Below, piece after piece: positions 18,146 through 26,900 of a stretch of 64,000 nt of DNA; position 1 is the stretch's first letter; the number at the start of each line of letters is the position of its first letter. Made by a program: the position numbers and the translations under genes. The stretch spans positions 1-64,000 of IMG/VR virus record IMGVR_UViG_3300021963_000047. The stretch is one strand, 5' to 3'. The notes under the pieces were generated by a model that made no database searches, was not told the origin of the DNA, and saw only the letters and a list, made by a program, of their open reading frames with translations. The DNA comes from a virus.

Positions 18146-18405
18146 TATTTTTCCTCGTTCAAAAGCTTTCGCGTATCAAGAGATTCTTCAGTCAAGATCT
18201 TGCTCAACTCAGTGAATCCGCCGATGTGATAACCATCGATGACAACTACAGGAAAAGACCTAGCGTTAGGAAACTTTTCAAGCAGTTGTTCTCTGGTATA
18301 ATCTACACCAAGTTTATGTTCTGTAAACTGTTTATTTCTAGTAGTCAGCAGACTCTTAGCAGATACACAGTGAACGCAGTTATCTTTGCTATAAATTTCA
18401 ATCAA
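18145..18405 (-). CDS. Glutaredoxin (NrdC-like)
   Basis: IYSKDNCVHC, RSFP, IGGFTEL; start moved to TTG 18405 behind GGAGA. Confidence 0.85.
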   Translation of the reverse strand: MIEIYSKDNCVHCVSAKSLLTTRNKQFTEHKLGVDYTREQLLEKFPNARSFPVVVIDGYHIGGFTELSKILTEESLDTRKLLNEEK

Positions 18406-18505
18406 GTCGTTCTCTCCAATATTCCAATACGTCAGCCCATATGGTAGGATCATATCCGGCTGCGATCATGTCTTCTTCAACGAGGATTTCGAGGTCGCTC
18501 TTCAT
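18398..18505 (-). CDS. Hypothetical 35-aa protein
   Basis: AGGAG RBS; MKSDLEILVEEDMIAAGYDPTIWADVLEYWRERLD. Confidence 0.55.
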   Translation of the reverse strand: MKSDLEILVEEDMIAAGYDPTIWADVLEYWRERLD

Positions 18506-18534
18506 TATATATCTCCTAGAGAAAGAGAGGCTGC

Positions 18535-19494
18535 TTACGCAGCCTCCGCCATTTCGATTGCAGTCTCAAGAGCCTGAGTCTTGAGGTTACGGTTGGTGCC
18601 GAACCATGAAGAGGCAAGGCGGGTATCTTGATTACGACCCATGACGTGATCAGTCATGAAGGTAACCGTATTGAAAGCCTGCCACCAAGTGCCCTGAGCA
18701 TACTCTGCACCGGGCTGCTGGTCAAGCAACTCAAGAGCGATACCAGCATTCTTGGAAAGCTCTTTCTTGGTGTTGTCGGTAACACCGGTAACAGGGAAGA
18801 TACGCTTGAAGTAGTCAACGATGGACTCATCATTAAACTTCTTGGAGCCAAGGAAGCCAGCCATTTCTTTGTACTGGGCAAGCTTGTCAGCAGCAATGCC
18901 AAGCATCATCTTGACGTTGTCAGGATCGAACTTGGTACGGTGAGAGATCTTAGCCATACGCTCAACCGCAGAGTTAAGCGAGAGGGTCAGAGTGTTATTG
19001 CACACCACACGGATAGGCGTGAAGCGCACGTCAGTGGAGAATCCATACTTGTGGAAGTTCGAGAACAAGAGGTAGGACTCAACTACGTCACCCTTGAACA
19101 GCTCGAAAGATTCCTTGACTTTGGCCAAGCCCCACACGATCTGGCCATCACGGAGAGAGCCAGCAGTGTGCATCTCCATATCACCAGAGAGGACGAAGTC
19201 ATTGAAGAAGTCAAAAGCTTCTTGGTTCTGGACCTCGTTCCAGTCATCAGAGACGACGTCGATGATCTTGTCGTCAATGTTACGGACCAGTGCCGAGCGG
19301 CCAACCGGAACTTTCTTGCCGGCAACCTCAGCGAAGGCCGGAACCTTTGTGACGGTCCAGTCAAGGCCGGCTGCCTCGAGCATCTGGGCAGGGGTCAGGT
19401 CGGCAGGAACCTTAGTACCAAGGCCGTGCCAAGGGGTCTCACCAGCGTAGGCCATCTGAGCCTTACCGTTGAGCATCTCAATCATGTGTGCCAT
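18535..19494 (-). CDS. DUF932 / TIGR03299 phage-plasmid protein
   Basis: PWHGLG, AGLDWTV, TAGSL, TPIRVVCNNTL, GTWWQAFN. Confidence 0.9.
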   Translation of the reverse strand: MAHMIEMLNGKAQMAYAGETPWHGLGTKVPADLTPAQMLEAAGLDWTVTKVPAFAEVAGKKVPVGRSALVRNIDDKIIDVVSDDWNEVQNQEAFDFFNDFVLSGDMEMHTAGSLRDGQIVWGLAKVKESFELFKGDVVESYLLFSNFHKYGFSTDVRFTPIRVVCNNTLTLSLNSAVERMAKISHRTKFDPDNVKMMLGIAADKLAQYKEMAGFLGSKKFNDESIVDYFKRIFPVTGVTDNTKKELSKNAGIALELLDQQPGAEYAQGTWWQAFNTVTFMTDHVMGRNQDTRLASSWFGTNRNLKTQALETAIEMAEAA

Positions 19495-19545
19495 GCTATA
19501 TACTCCTGTGTGATTGGTTAGTGTCTGTATTCAGCTTACTTTCTG

Positions 19546-19574
19546 ATAATACCAAGTCCTCATCATTTGTAAAC
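19546..19574 (-). promoter_or_regulatory. T4 early-like promoter (leftward)
   Basis: Minus strand GTTTAC-17 nt-TATTAT with TGG extension. Confidence 0.7.
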
Positions 19575-19606
19575 AGCTAAAATCACTTTTTTCGAAAAAA
19601 AAATCG

Positions 19607-19635
19607 GTTTACTTTGCCGGTCCCTGTGGTAGTAT
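19607..19635 (+). promoter_or_regulatory. T4 early-like promoter (rightward 1)
   Basis: A-tract, then GTTTAC-17 nt-TAGTAT with TGTGG extension. Confidence 0.65.
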
Positions 19636-19668
19636 ATACATATGGTCAATGAGGCAGCGAAAATACCA

Positions 19669-19697
19669 GTTGACATTTTTCCCTGCTTTGGTATAAT
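19669..19697 (+). promoter_or_regulatory. Sigma70/early promoter (rightward 2)
   Basis: GTTGACA...TGGTATAAT (TTGACA-16 nt-TATAAT, extended -10). Confidence 0.75.
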
Positions 19698-19719
19698 AAT
19701 CTTATAAGAGGTGATAATC

Positions 19720-20853
19720 ATGGCTAAAGCAGCACGTAGACCGGCGCTCAATGCACGCGCCAAAGTAAAGAAGCCACGGGTCACACGATCTGAGGCATAC
19801 TTGGTCAATCTCAAGTACATGGGCGATGAGCCTGAACTCCGTGGCCAATTGTCAGATTCACAACTTGGTAAGGCTCTTAATTGGTATAATGCCATGTGCT
19901 CTACGTCAGAGTACAAAGAGTACACGCGTGACTATCTTAAGTCTCTCAAACGTGATCGTGAAGCTAAGCAAGTCATGCGAGTGCCTGACCAATATTTTCC
20001 TACCACGATCGGTTCCATCTCACGTCTCTTGTCTCGTGGTTGTACTGTGCAAGATAGCACCATGTCTTTCTTTGAGTCCAAGCTTAAAGAAGCATTGTCT
20101 CGTGTTATCGAAGTAGAAAAGTCAGAGACTCCCGTTGAGAAAGTTTCTATTCAAGATCGTATGAAAGAACGTGCCAACGATATCATCGGCGACATCGAAG
20201 AGATCATCGACTCTGGTGTAGAATTCTCTCTGTACGATCATCTCCAGAAAAACCAGATACCTGCTATGTATGCTACCAAGATCATCGACCATTATCGTCC
20301 GTGGCTCGAAGAACTTTGTGAAGCACACGAAGGTAAATGTGATCAGCTCAAAGAAGCTTATAAGCACCTTACTAAGAAGCAGCTTGAAGCTCGTGTGTTG
20401 TTCATCAACTCATTGATCGAAGATGCTGAACGTTATGGTGACGTTACTAAAAAGCTTCGAGCTCCTCGTAAGCCTCGTGCTGTATCTGCTGAGAAGAAGC
20501 TTAAGAACTTTATCTACATGAAAGAAAGCAATGAGTACAAGATTGCTTCTATCTCTCCTGATAAAGTCTTAGGTGCTCAGGAGCTTTGGACTTTCAATAC
20601 GAAGTATAAGCTGCTGACGGTGTTCCGTGCACGTGGACCGGCAGGTCTCGACGTCAAGCGAACCACTATCATCGGCTATGATGAGTCTACAACAATGACT
20701 AAGCGTTGTGGTCGTAAGCCAGAATACTTCGTTGACAAAGTTCTAAACGGTGGTAAGCTGGTCTTGAGAAAACTGATGGATGAAGCTAAGGGTGATGCAC
20801 CCCTAGCAGCACGCATCAACGAACACACAATCCTTTTGAAGGTGGTATCATGA
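19720..20853 (+). CDS. Conserved hypothetical phage protein
   Basis: Long ORF behind GAGG RBS and strong promoters; start moved to ATG 19720. Confidence 0.8.
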   Translation: MAKAARRPALNARAKVKKPRVTRSEAYLVNLKYMGDEPELRGQLSDSQLGKALNWYNAMCSTSEYKEYTRDYLKSLKRDREAKQVMRVPDQYFPTTIGSISRLLSRGCTVQDSTMSFFESKLKEALSRVIEVEKSETPVEKVSIQDRMKERANDIIGDIEEIIDSGVEFSLYDHLQKNQIPAMYATKIIDHYRPWLEELCEAHEGKCDQLKEAYKHLTKKQLEARVLFINSLIEDAERYGDVTKKLRAPRKPRAVSAEKKLKNFIYMKESNEYKIASISPDKVLGAQELWTFNTKYKLLTVFRARGPAGLDVKRTTIIGYDESTTMTKRCGRKPEYFVDKVLNGGKLVLRKLMDEAKGDAPLAARINEHTILLKVVS

Positions 20854-21284
20854 AGATTGTCAATGAATGCAAGATGTTTACGCCTGAACAGCTACAGCTT
20901 CTTGAAAAGAAGTATAACGGCAAGTTTGTGTTTGAGAGTTGTCTTAAAAACAAAGATGGTGGCTGGTGTAATTTTCCAGCCGCTATCTTCTACACTGAAG
21001 AAGCACACCCACAAGGTTCGAACTACTTTGCTATCTGGTTTGATGATGCCGGCCATGTCATGATCTCTAATGGTATCACTGCTACTGAACCATTCTATGG
21101 TATTGTTGTTGATGATACAGCATACTACTCTCGCTATCGTCATGACTATAAAGACTATGGTGGTTTCTTCATCGACGGTGGTCGAGACTATTCACGTTTC
21201 GGCGGATCACGTTTTAAAGATATCAAGAGTTGCACAATGAAAGTAGAAAAAGACAAATTAGCTGTTTACAATGTTAGACAGTAG
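20850..21284 (+). CDS. Hypothetical phage protein
   Basis: ATGA overlap; SRYRHDY...FIDGGRDY motif. Confidence 0.75.
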   Translation: MKIVNECKMFTPEQLQLLEKKYNGKFVFESCLKNKDGGWCNFPAAIFYTEEAHPQGSNYFAIWFDDAGHVMISNGITATEPFYGIVVDDTAYYSRYRHDYKDYGGFFIDGGRDYSRFGGSRFKDIKSCTMKVEKDKLAVYNVRQ

Positions 21285-21295
21285 TGGTATAAATA
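21265..21295 (+). promoter_or_regulatory. Composite sigma70/late promoter for tmRNA
   Basis: TTTACA-17 nt-TATAAATA. Confidence 0.65.
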
Positions 21296-21300
21296 ATCAT

Positions 21301-21581
21301 GCTGAGGTCGTTGAGGCGTTCAGAATAAACGTTTCGGACGCGGGGGCAGTACCCGCCGCCTCCACCACAGATACATTCTTTGAGGTCTTGGTCGTTACCA
21401 GCATAGCAAAAACGGCGACAGAGTGTATCTTTGATGGGGGCGAAATAGGATCGACGTGCGTAGTAAAGGTACGAAGAGACCGAAAGCAACGTATAGATGC
21501 AAACGATAATGCACCTTTCGCTATGGCAGTAGCTGCCTAAGCATGAGCTCGGTGGGGAGCTTGGAAACAGAATCCCCACCA
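21301..21581 (+). ncRNA. ssrA: Permuted two-piece tmRNA (alphaproteobacterial type), tag ANDNAPFAMAVAA
   Basis: Acceptor piece first (GCGGG-GGCAGTA-CCCGC-CGCCTCC-ACCA, ends 21367), paired spacer, coding piece from GGGGGCGAAATAGGATCGAC (21436), tag codons 21499-21540; outer ends approximate. Confidence 0.93.
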
Positions 21582-21590
21582 CAGTTTATT

Positions 21591-21667
21591 GGTCACTTAG
21601 CTCAGCAGGATAGAGCAACAGCCTTCTAAGCTGTGGGTCGATGGTTCGAATCCATCAGTGATCACCA
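21591..21667 (+). tRNA. tRNA-Arg(TCT)
   Basis: GGTCACT/AGTGATC acceptor, ACAGC-CTTCTAA-GCTGT anticodon arm, TTCGAAT, CCA. Confidence 0.93.
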
Positions 21668-21683
21668 TTTTAAGGAGCCATAT

Positions 21684-21794
21684 ATGTCTAAGCGTTATGA
21701 TCATTGGTTTTGGAATAGCAGGCTTGTTGATAACATCGCAAGCTTTATCGTAAGGCTAGACACATACATATGGCGTAAGCAATATAATCGTTAA
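21684..21794 (+). CDS. Hypothetical 36-aa protein
   Basis: AAGGAG RBS; MSKRYDHWFWNSRLVDNIASFIVRLDTYIWRKQYNR. Confidence 0.55.
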   Translation: MSKRYDHWFWNSRLVDNIASFIVRLDTYIWRKQYNR

Positions 21795-21801
21795 AATTTA
21801 C

Positions 21802-21893
21802 GGGGGTGGGTGTTGGTACACGGGAGGGCCTTATAATCCCTTTAGCGCCCGATTAGCGTTCTTGACTCGGTTCGAATCCGGGCACCCCTACCA
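21802..21893 (+). tRNA. Atypical tRNA-like RNA, anticodon TAT, long variable arm
   Basis: GGGGGTG/CACCCCT-ACCA, D arm GTGT-TGGT-ACAC, CTTATAA loop, V arm AGCGC/GCGTT, T arm CTCGG-TTCGAAT-CCGGG. Confidence 0.75.
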
Positions 21894-21909
21894 ATTTAGA
21901 AAGTAATCA

Positions 21910-22137
21910 ATGAAAGATCTTATTTTTAATGTGAACTATGTCCAAGAGATTGAGAACTTAGTGAGAGATAAAAACATAGAGTACATCGATGCGATTGTGC
22001 ACTACTGTGAGAAGTCAGGTTTAGAGATTGAGTTCTTGGCTAGTGTTATTAAGAAAGATCCTGTGATGAAATCAAAGCTTCAGTTTGAAGCAGAGAATCT
22101 TAACTTCATGAAAAAGAGTGCAAGACTTCCAATATAG
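21910..22137 (+). CDS. gp33: Late transcription coactivator gp33-like
   Basis: YIDAIVHYCE...KLQFEAENLNF...LPI; synteny 33-59-32. Confidence 0.85.
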   Translation: MKDLIFNVNYVQEIENLVRDKNIEYIDAIVHYCEKSGLEIEFLASVIKKDPVMKSKLQFEAENLNFMKKSARLPI

Positions 22138-22146
22138 GAGAGTGTA

Positions 22147-22359
22147 ATGCCGTACAAAGAAGTTTGGGTAGATGACGAAGACCTCTCCGATTTTGATGAT
22201 CTAGATCTTATTGATGAATTACGAGGACGTAAATACACTATCTACGGCAAAAAATATGATCTCGTATGGGAACTTTATCAGGCATATCTATTAGATAACG
22301 AAAAAGCTTTTAGAGAATATGTCAAAAAGATATTGATTGAGAATGGATACAGACCGTAA
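22147..22359 (+). CDS. Hypothetical protein
   Basis: AGGAG RBS, 70 aa. Confidence 0.65.
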   Translation: MPYKEVWVDDEDLSDFDDLDLIDELRGRKYTIYGKKYDLVWELYQAYLLDNEKAFREYVKKILIENGYRP

Positions 22360-22360
22360 G

Positions 22361-22936
22361 ATGTCAGCATTTGAATGTTACAAAGAGTATGTGGCTTTGA
22401 AAAACCACTTTACTCAGAAGAGCTATGACTATATCAAATACAATGGTAAGACGAGTGTAAAGGCTGACTCTTTTAATTCCCGCAAAGATAAGATCTTCTT
22501 TGAGAAACTTGCTAAGCACAAAGATCCTAAAGGATTCTTGATTGCTAACTTAGTAGAAGATGAGAAAGTCTGGATTAAAGACTTAGCGTATAATGAAATA
22601 GCACAGACTAGATACAACGACTGGACAAAAAGAATCCAGTCGTTGACTTATATGTTCAAGACAGAACTATCAAAGCTTAAAGAAAACTTTGATGAGAACT
22701 TCTTGGTAGAAGAGTACGATCATCCACACCTTCTAAAACTTTACCTTCGAAAAGAGATTTCAATAGAGACACTAGTCATCTTGGTTGAAGTGACTGGATG
22801 TTTTAAACATTGGAATAAGAAACTTAAAGACGATCCTATCTGGGATCAAGTTTCTTTTAAGATCAAGAAGTACAGATCTTTCTTGAACTTTGATACAACT
22901 AAAATAAAATCTGTTATAGTTGACAAATTTAGCTAA
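22361..22936 (+). CDS. gp59: Helicase loader gp59-like
   Basis: YVALKNHF...YDYIKYNGK, ISIETL; directly upstream of gp32; start moved to ATG 22361. Confidence 0.88.
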   Translation: MSAFECYKEYVALKNHFTQKSYDYIKYNGKTSVKADSFNSRKDKIFFEKLAKHKDPKGFLIANLVEDEKVWIKDLAYNEIAQTRYNDWTKRIQSLTYMFKTELSKLKENFDENFLVEEYDHPHLLKLYLRKEISIETLVILVEVTGCFKHWNKKLKDDPIWDQVSFKIKKYRSFLNFDTTKIKSVIVDKFS

Positions 22937-22950
22937 GAAGCATATAAATA
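22920..22950 (+). promoter_or_regulatory. Composite sigma70/late promoter for gene 32
   Basis: TTGACA-17 nt-TATAAATA. Confidence 0.7.
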
Positions 22951-23016
22951 GATGTGCAGCTATTGCTGCTACACACTGTTATACAACGCAATACAACGCT
23001 TATATGGAGAAATACA

Positions 23017-23916
23017 ATGGTAGACTTTTCACAACTTAAGAAAGCATCTTCGCAGTCCCTCGATAAACTTACTGCTGAACTTAATAAGCTTTCAAATCCC
23101 CAAGAACAAAAGAAGGGTGACGATCGTTTCTGGTCTCCCTCAGTAGATAAAGCTGGTAATGGCTATGCTGTTATTCGCTTCCTCCCAGCTCCTGCTGGTG
23201 AAGATATCCCGTTTGTTCGTCTCTTTGATCATGGCTTTAAGGGACCATCGGGTAAGTGGTACATTGAAAATTCACTCACTTCAATCGGTCAGAAGGATCC
23301 CGTTAGCGAATACAATAGCTATCTTTGGAACCTATCGTCAGACGATAACTCAGACTCTCGTAAGCAGGCTCGTGCGCAGAAGCGCCGTCTCCACTACATC
23401 TCTAACATCTATGTAGTTAAGGATCCTGCTAATCCTGAGAATGAGGGTAAAGTATTCTTGTTTAAGTATGGCAAGAAGATCTTTGATAAGCTCAATGACT
23501 TGATGAATCCTCAGTTTCCTGATGAAGCACCTATCAATCCATTTGACTTTTGGCAGGGTGCTAACTTCAACTTGAAGATTCGTAATGTTGAAGGTTATCG
23601 TAACTATGATAAGTCTGAGTTCAGCGCAGCTTCTGCATTGCTTAATGATGATGAAGAACTCGAGAAGGTTTGGAAGAAGGAATATCCGCTTCAGGCTTTT
23701 CTCGCTCCTGAAAACTTCAAGAGCTATGATGAATTGAAATCTAAGTTGAATACTGTACTTGAAGTTGCTAGTACAACTGTTCGTAAGGCTGAAGAAGAGG
23801 ATGTTCCGTGGGCTCGTTCTGAATCTGCTCCTCAGTTTAAAGCTTCATCTGCTCCTAAGATCGATGAAGAAGAGGAAGAAGACGAGATGGAATTCTTCAA
23901 GAAGCTTAAGGCTTAA
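23017..23916 (+). CDS. gp32: Single-stranded DNA-binding protein gp32
   Basis: DDRFW, GNGYAVIRFLP, WYIENS, KYGKKIFDK, NYDKSEF, acidic tail; start moved to ATG 23017 behind GGAGA. Confidence 0.96.
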   Translation: MVDFSQLKKASSQSLDKLTAELNKLSNPQEQKKGDDRFWSPSVDKAGNGYAVIRFLPAPAGEDIPFVRLFDHGFKGPSGKWYIENSLTSIGQKDPVSEYNSYLWNLSSDDNSDSRKQARAQKRRLHYISNIYVVKDPANPENEGKVFLFKYGKKIFDKLNDLMNPQFPDEAPINPFDFWQGANFNLKIRNVEGYRNYDKSEFSAASALLNDDEELEKVWKKEYPLQAFLAPENFKSYDELKSKLNTVLEVASTTVRKAEEEDVPWARSESAPQFKASSAPKIDEEEEEDEMEFFKKLKA

Positions 23917-23921
23917 ACTTA

Positions 23922-23948
23922 AAGGGGGCGAAAGCCCCCTTCTTTTTT
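23922..23948 (+). terminator. Rho-independent terminator after gene 32
   Basis: AAGGGGGC-GAAA-GCCCCCTT followed by CTTTTTT. Confidence 0.9.
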
Positions 23949-26900
23949 ATGATACCATTGAACCCGCTCTAGCTCTCCTGTTAACAGACACACTGTTACT
24001 TCCAAGAGATTCTACTAATGCGCCGGCTATACCACCTGCGAGTACTTCAGCAAATCCTCCACCCGGACTGGCACTAGGAATACCATCTATACCAAAACGT
24101 TTTTCTGATGGTGTGCTATAAGTTCTATTATCTTGTGGTGAAACAACCACTGGACCAGATCTTCTATTATCTCTAGCAATATCCATATTTGTTGAGCGAG
24201 TATTAATATTAGAGCCAGTATTAACTGGTTGACTAATCAGACTTTGACCTAAGTTTCCAAGTGTACTGCCTAACATACCTCCAAGCATGCTACCCATGGG
24301 TCCAGCTCTTCCACCAAGCATACTTCCTAGCATACCACCTAAACCGCCAAGACCCATGCCTCTGCCACCCATCATTCCCATACCCATGCCTCTTCCACCC
24401 ATCATTCCCATGCCTAACATTCCACCTAATGGATTTCCACCCATCATTCCCATACCGCCCATAGCTCCACCAGCACCTAATCCGGTAACGCTTCCACCAG
24501 GTGTTGGTTGATAGCTACCACCAGTTGCAGCTCCTGCACCTTGTCTTCCTTCATTCTCTCCACCTTTAGCCATTTGACCGCCACGAGCTTCATTGCTTGA
24601 ACCACCTTCATTGCCACCCATAGAGAAGTGCATTGTATCTTTACTTGATCTCCAATTGCCACCCCAACCTAATCCATGTTTTGCTGCCATAGCACCAACG
24701 TTTGCTGGCATATCTGTTTTTCCATAGTTTTGAGAACCAGGAAATGTATGTGGATTTTCTGAAGGATTGATATCAATTGCCATGCCTTTTGAGTGCCAAC
24801 TAAAACCACCTGAAGCAGTAGATCTATTAGCATATCCACCAATAGATTTAATCTTATATCCCGAACCTTCAAGTTCATTAACAAAACCTTCAAAATTCTT
24901 AGCATATTCTGCAGCAACTTGATATGGTCTACCTCCGGGTGTTTTTAATGTAACCATACCACCTTGCTGTCTTCTACCTTCATTTTCAGGAAACTGTGTT
25001 GGACCCTGTTGTCTATTTGGTCTACCTTGATTATCGTCGGGGGTTATAGGTCCTTGTTCTCTTCCTGGTGTGCCTTGTGGAGATTCTGGTCCTGTTGGTC
25101 CTTGTTCTCTTCCGGGTCTACCTTGATTATCTGGGAATTGTGTTGGACCTTGTTGTCTATTTGGTCTTCCTTGTGGAGAATCTTGACCAGCAGGACCTTG
25201 TTGTCTGCTTCCTCCACCACCAGAATATATTGAATAAACTTTTGAAGCCCATGTTGGATTAACAGTATTATAACCGCCGGCTACTAAATTTTTTAACGTT
25301 GTTTCTGCATCACCAGAATATCTACTACCCCATCTACGAACATGATGTTTTACAGCAGATTCTAATGAGTCATAAACTGCATGCAGTTGACCGTCAGCTC
25401 CCCTTGTACCACCGACTATTCCATCTTTACCGATCTGCGCTTGTGTTATAGTTTGTCCAAATGGATTATTGGCTCTTTGAGTCATAGAGCTCTTTAACCA
25501 ACCTGATTCTAACATTGCTATTGCAGCTGTAACTTTTGGATCAGGAGAACCTGCTGCTTTAGCAGCTTGTTCCATTTTAGCAAAAGCTTCTGAATTAGAT
25601 CCAGTGAAACGCATTGGTTGTGTTTGATTTAATCCAGCAGTTGCTCCACTAGCAGCAGCTTGAACATTAGGGGCTCCGCCGGGATTAGTAACATAGTTCC
25701 CAGAATTGTTCTCTAGTTTAGGACCCTGTCTTAATGCTGGCTCGCTCGGTTGACCAGATGCTGCTTGTGATGTAGCAGTTGCAGTTGATGCTGCAGATTG
25801 TGAAGCATTATTAGATGATGCACCACCACTTGCTGCGTTTTGATTATCTGGTGGTAATGGTGGTTGATTACCCCTTTGCAATGCTTCAGATGTTTGTCCA
25901 ACTTTGTTTGGTCTTTTTGTTTCAGAAAGTGTTTGTCCATTAAACTCTTTCCATAATTCATATACTTCCCATGCTAAAGATACATTGCCAATAACATTAA
26001 TTGCTGTCCATATCCAACCCGGACCGGGAATGGTCATTCCGGCACCCATAGAAACTAATCTAGGACCAATCTTTGCCATTAAGTTTGGAGCTTTCTTTTC
26101 TAAGAAAGCTAAGAACTTAGACCATTTAGAAGTACTTGCGCCTGCAGTTTTAGATTCTGCTTTAGCCCACGGAGATCTTGTTTCAGAAGTCGGCGAAGAT
26201 ATATCAACTGGTTTTATATTATTTTTTGTTCCACTGCCACCAAGCATTCCTGCTACATCTGCAGCTACTCCTAAACCAGCAAAAGCTAAATTGGTAGCTG
26301 ATGAACCATCATTTAATGTTTCACCAATAAACTGTGCAGGTTTTGCACCTACTGCTGGCATATCTGCAATAGATTCTTGCATAAATTTTTCTGCTGCACC
26401 CGCATCTCGCATGGCCAATTCATTGGCTTTAACTTTATCAGCATCAGACAGTCTATAATAATTACCTAAAGCTTGAGGATTATTGAGCTGCCAATATTTG
26501 TATGTTGTTGGATTTAATTGCGGACCTGTTGCTGCTTCTTTTATAAACTTCTTATCAGGTGCTTTACTTGAATCAGAAGATGTGTTGTCTTCGCCATCAC
26601 CACCATCTTCACCACCACTGCCTAAAAGAGAACCAAGACCTAAAGCACCAAGACCAAGAGCTCCAGCTCTTCCACCTAATCCAGGTATTCTTCCTGGTGT
26701 TTTGCCTTTTCCTTTTCCAGCACCACCTCCGCCACCGCCGCCAACAATACCACCAGCATTATTGGTGTTATTATTAACAGTATTATAGGTGTTATTATTA
26801 ACTGTCTGTTGTACAACAGGTGGTGGTTCTTTTTTATAGAGAAGACGATTTACTGCAACTTCAACTCTTTCTTGTGAAAGAAGTATGTCTTCTAAAACAT

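Noticed and set aside
18628-19521. 297-aa plus-strand ORF
   Set aside because: Antisense shadow of the codon-biased DUF932 gene; no RBS or recognisable motif.
21271-21582. 89-aa and 102-aa ORFs
   Set aside because: They overlap the tmRNA; the plus-strand ORF simply ends in the tag reading frame.
24290-25210. Possible CRISPR-like array
   Set aside because: The repeats are degenerate in-frame coding repeats without unique spacers; the Cas4-like gene at 12821 is the usual stand-alone phage exonuclease.
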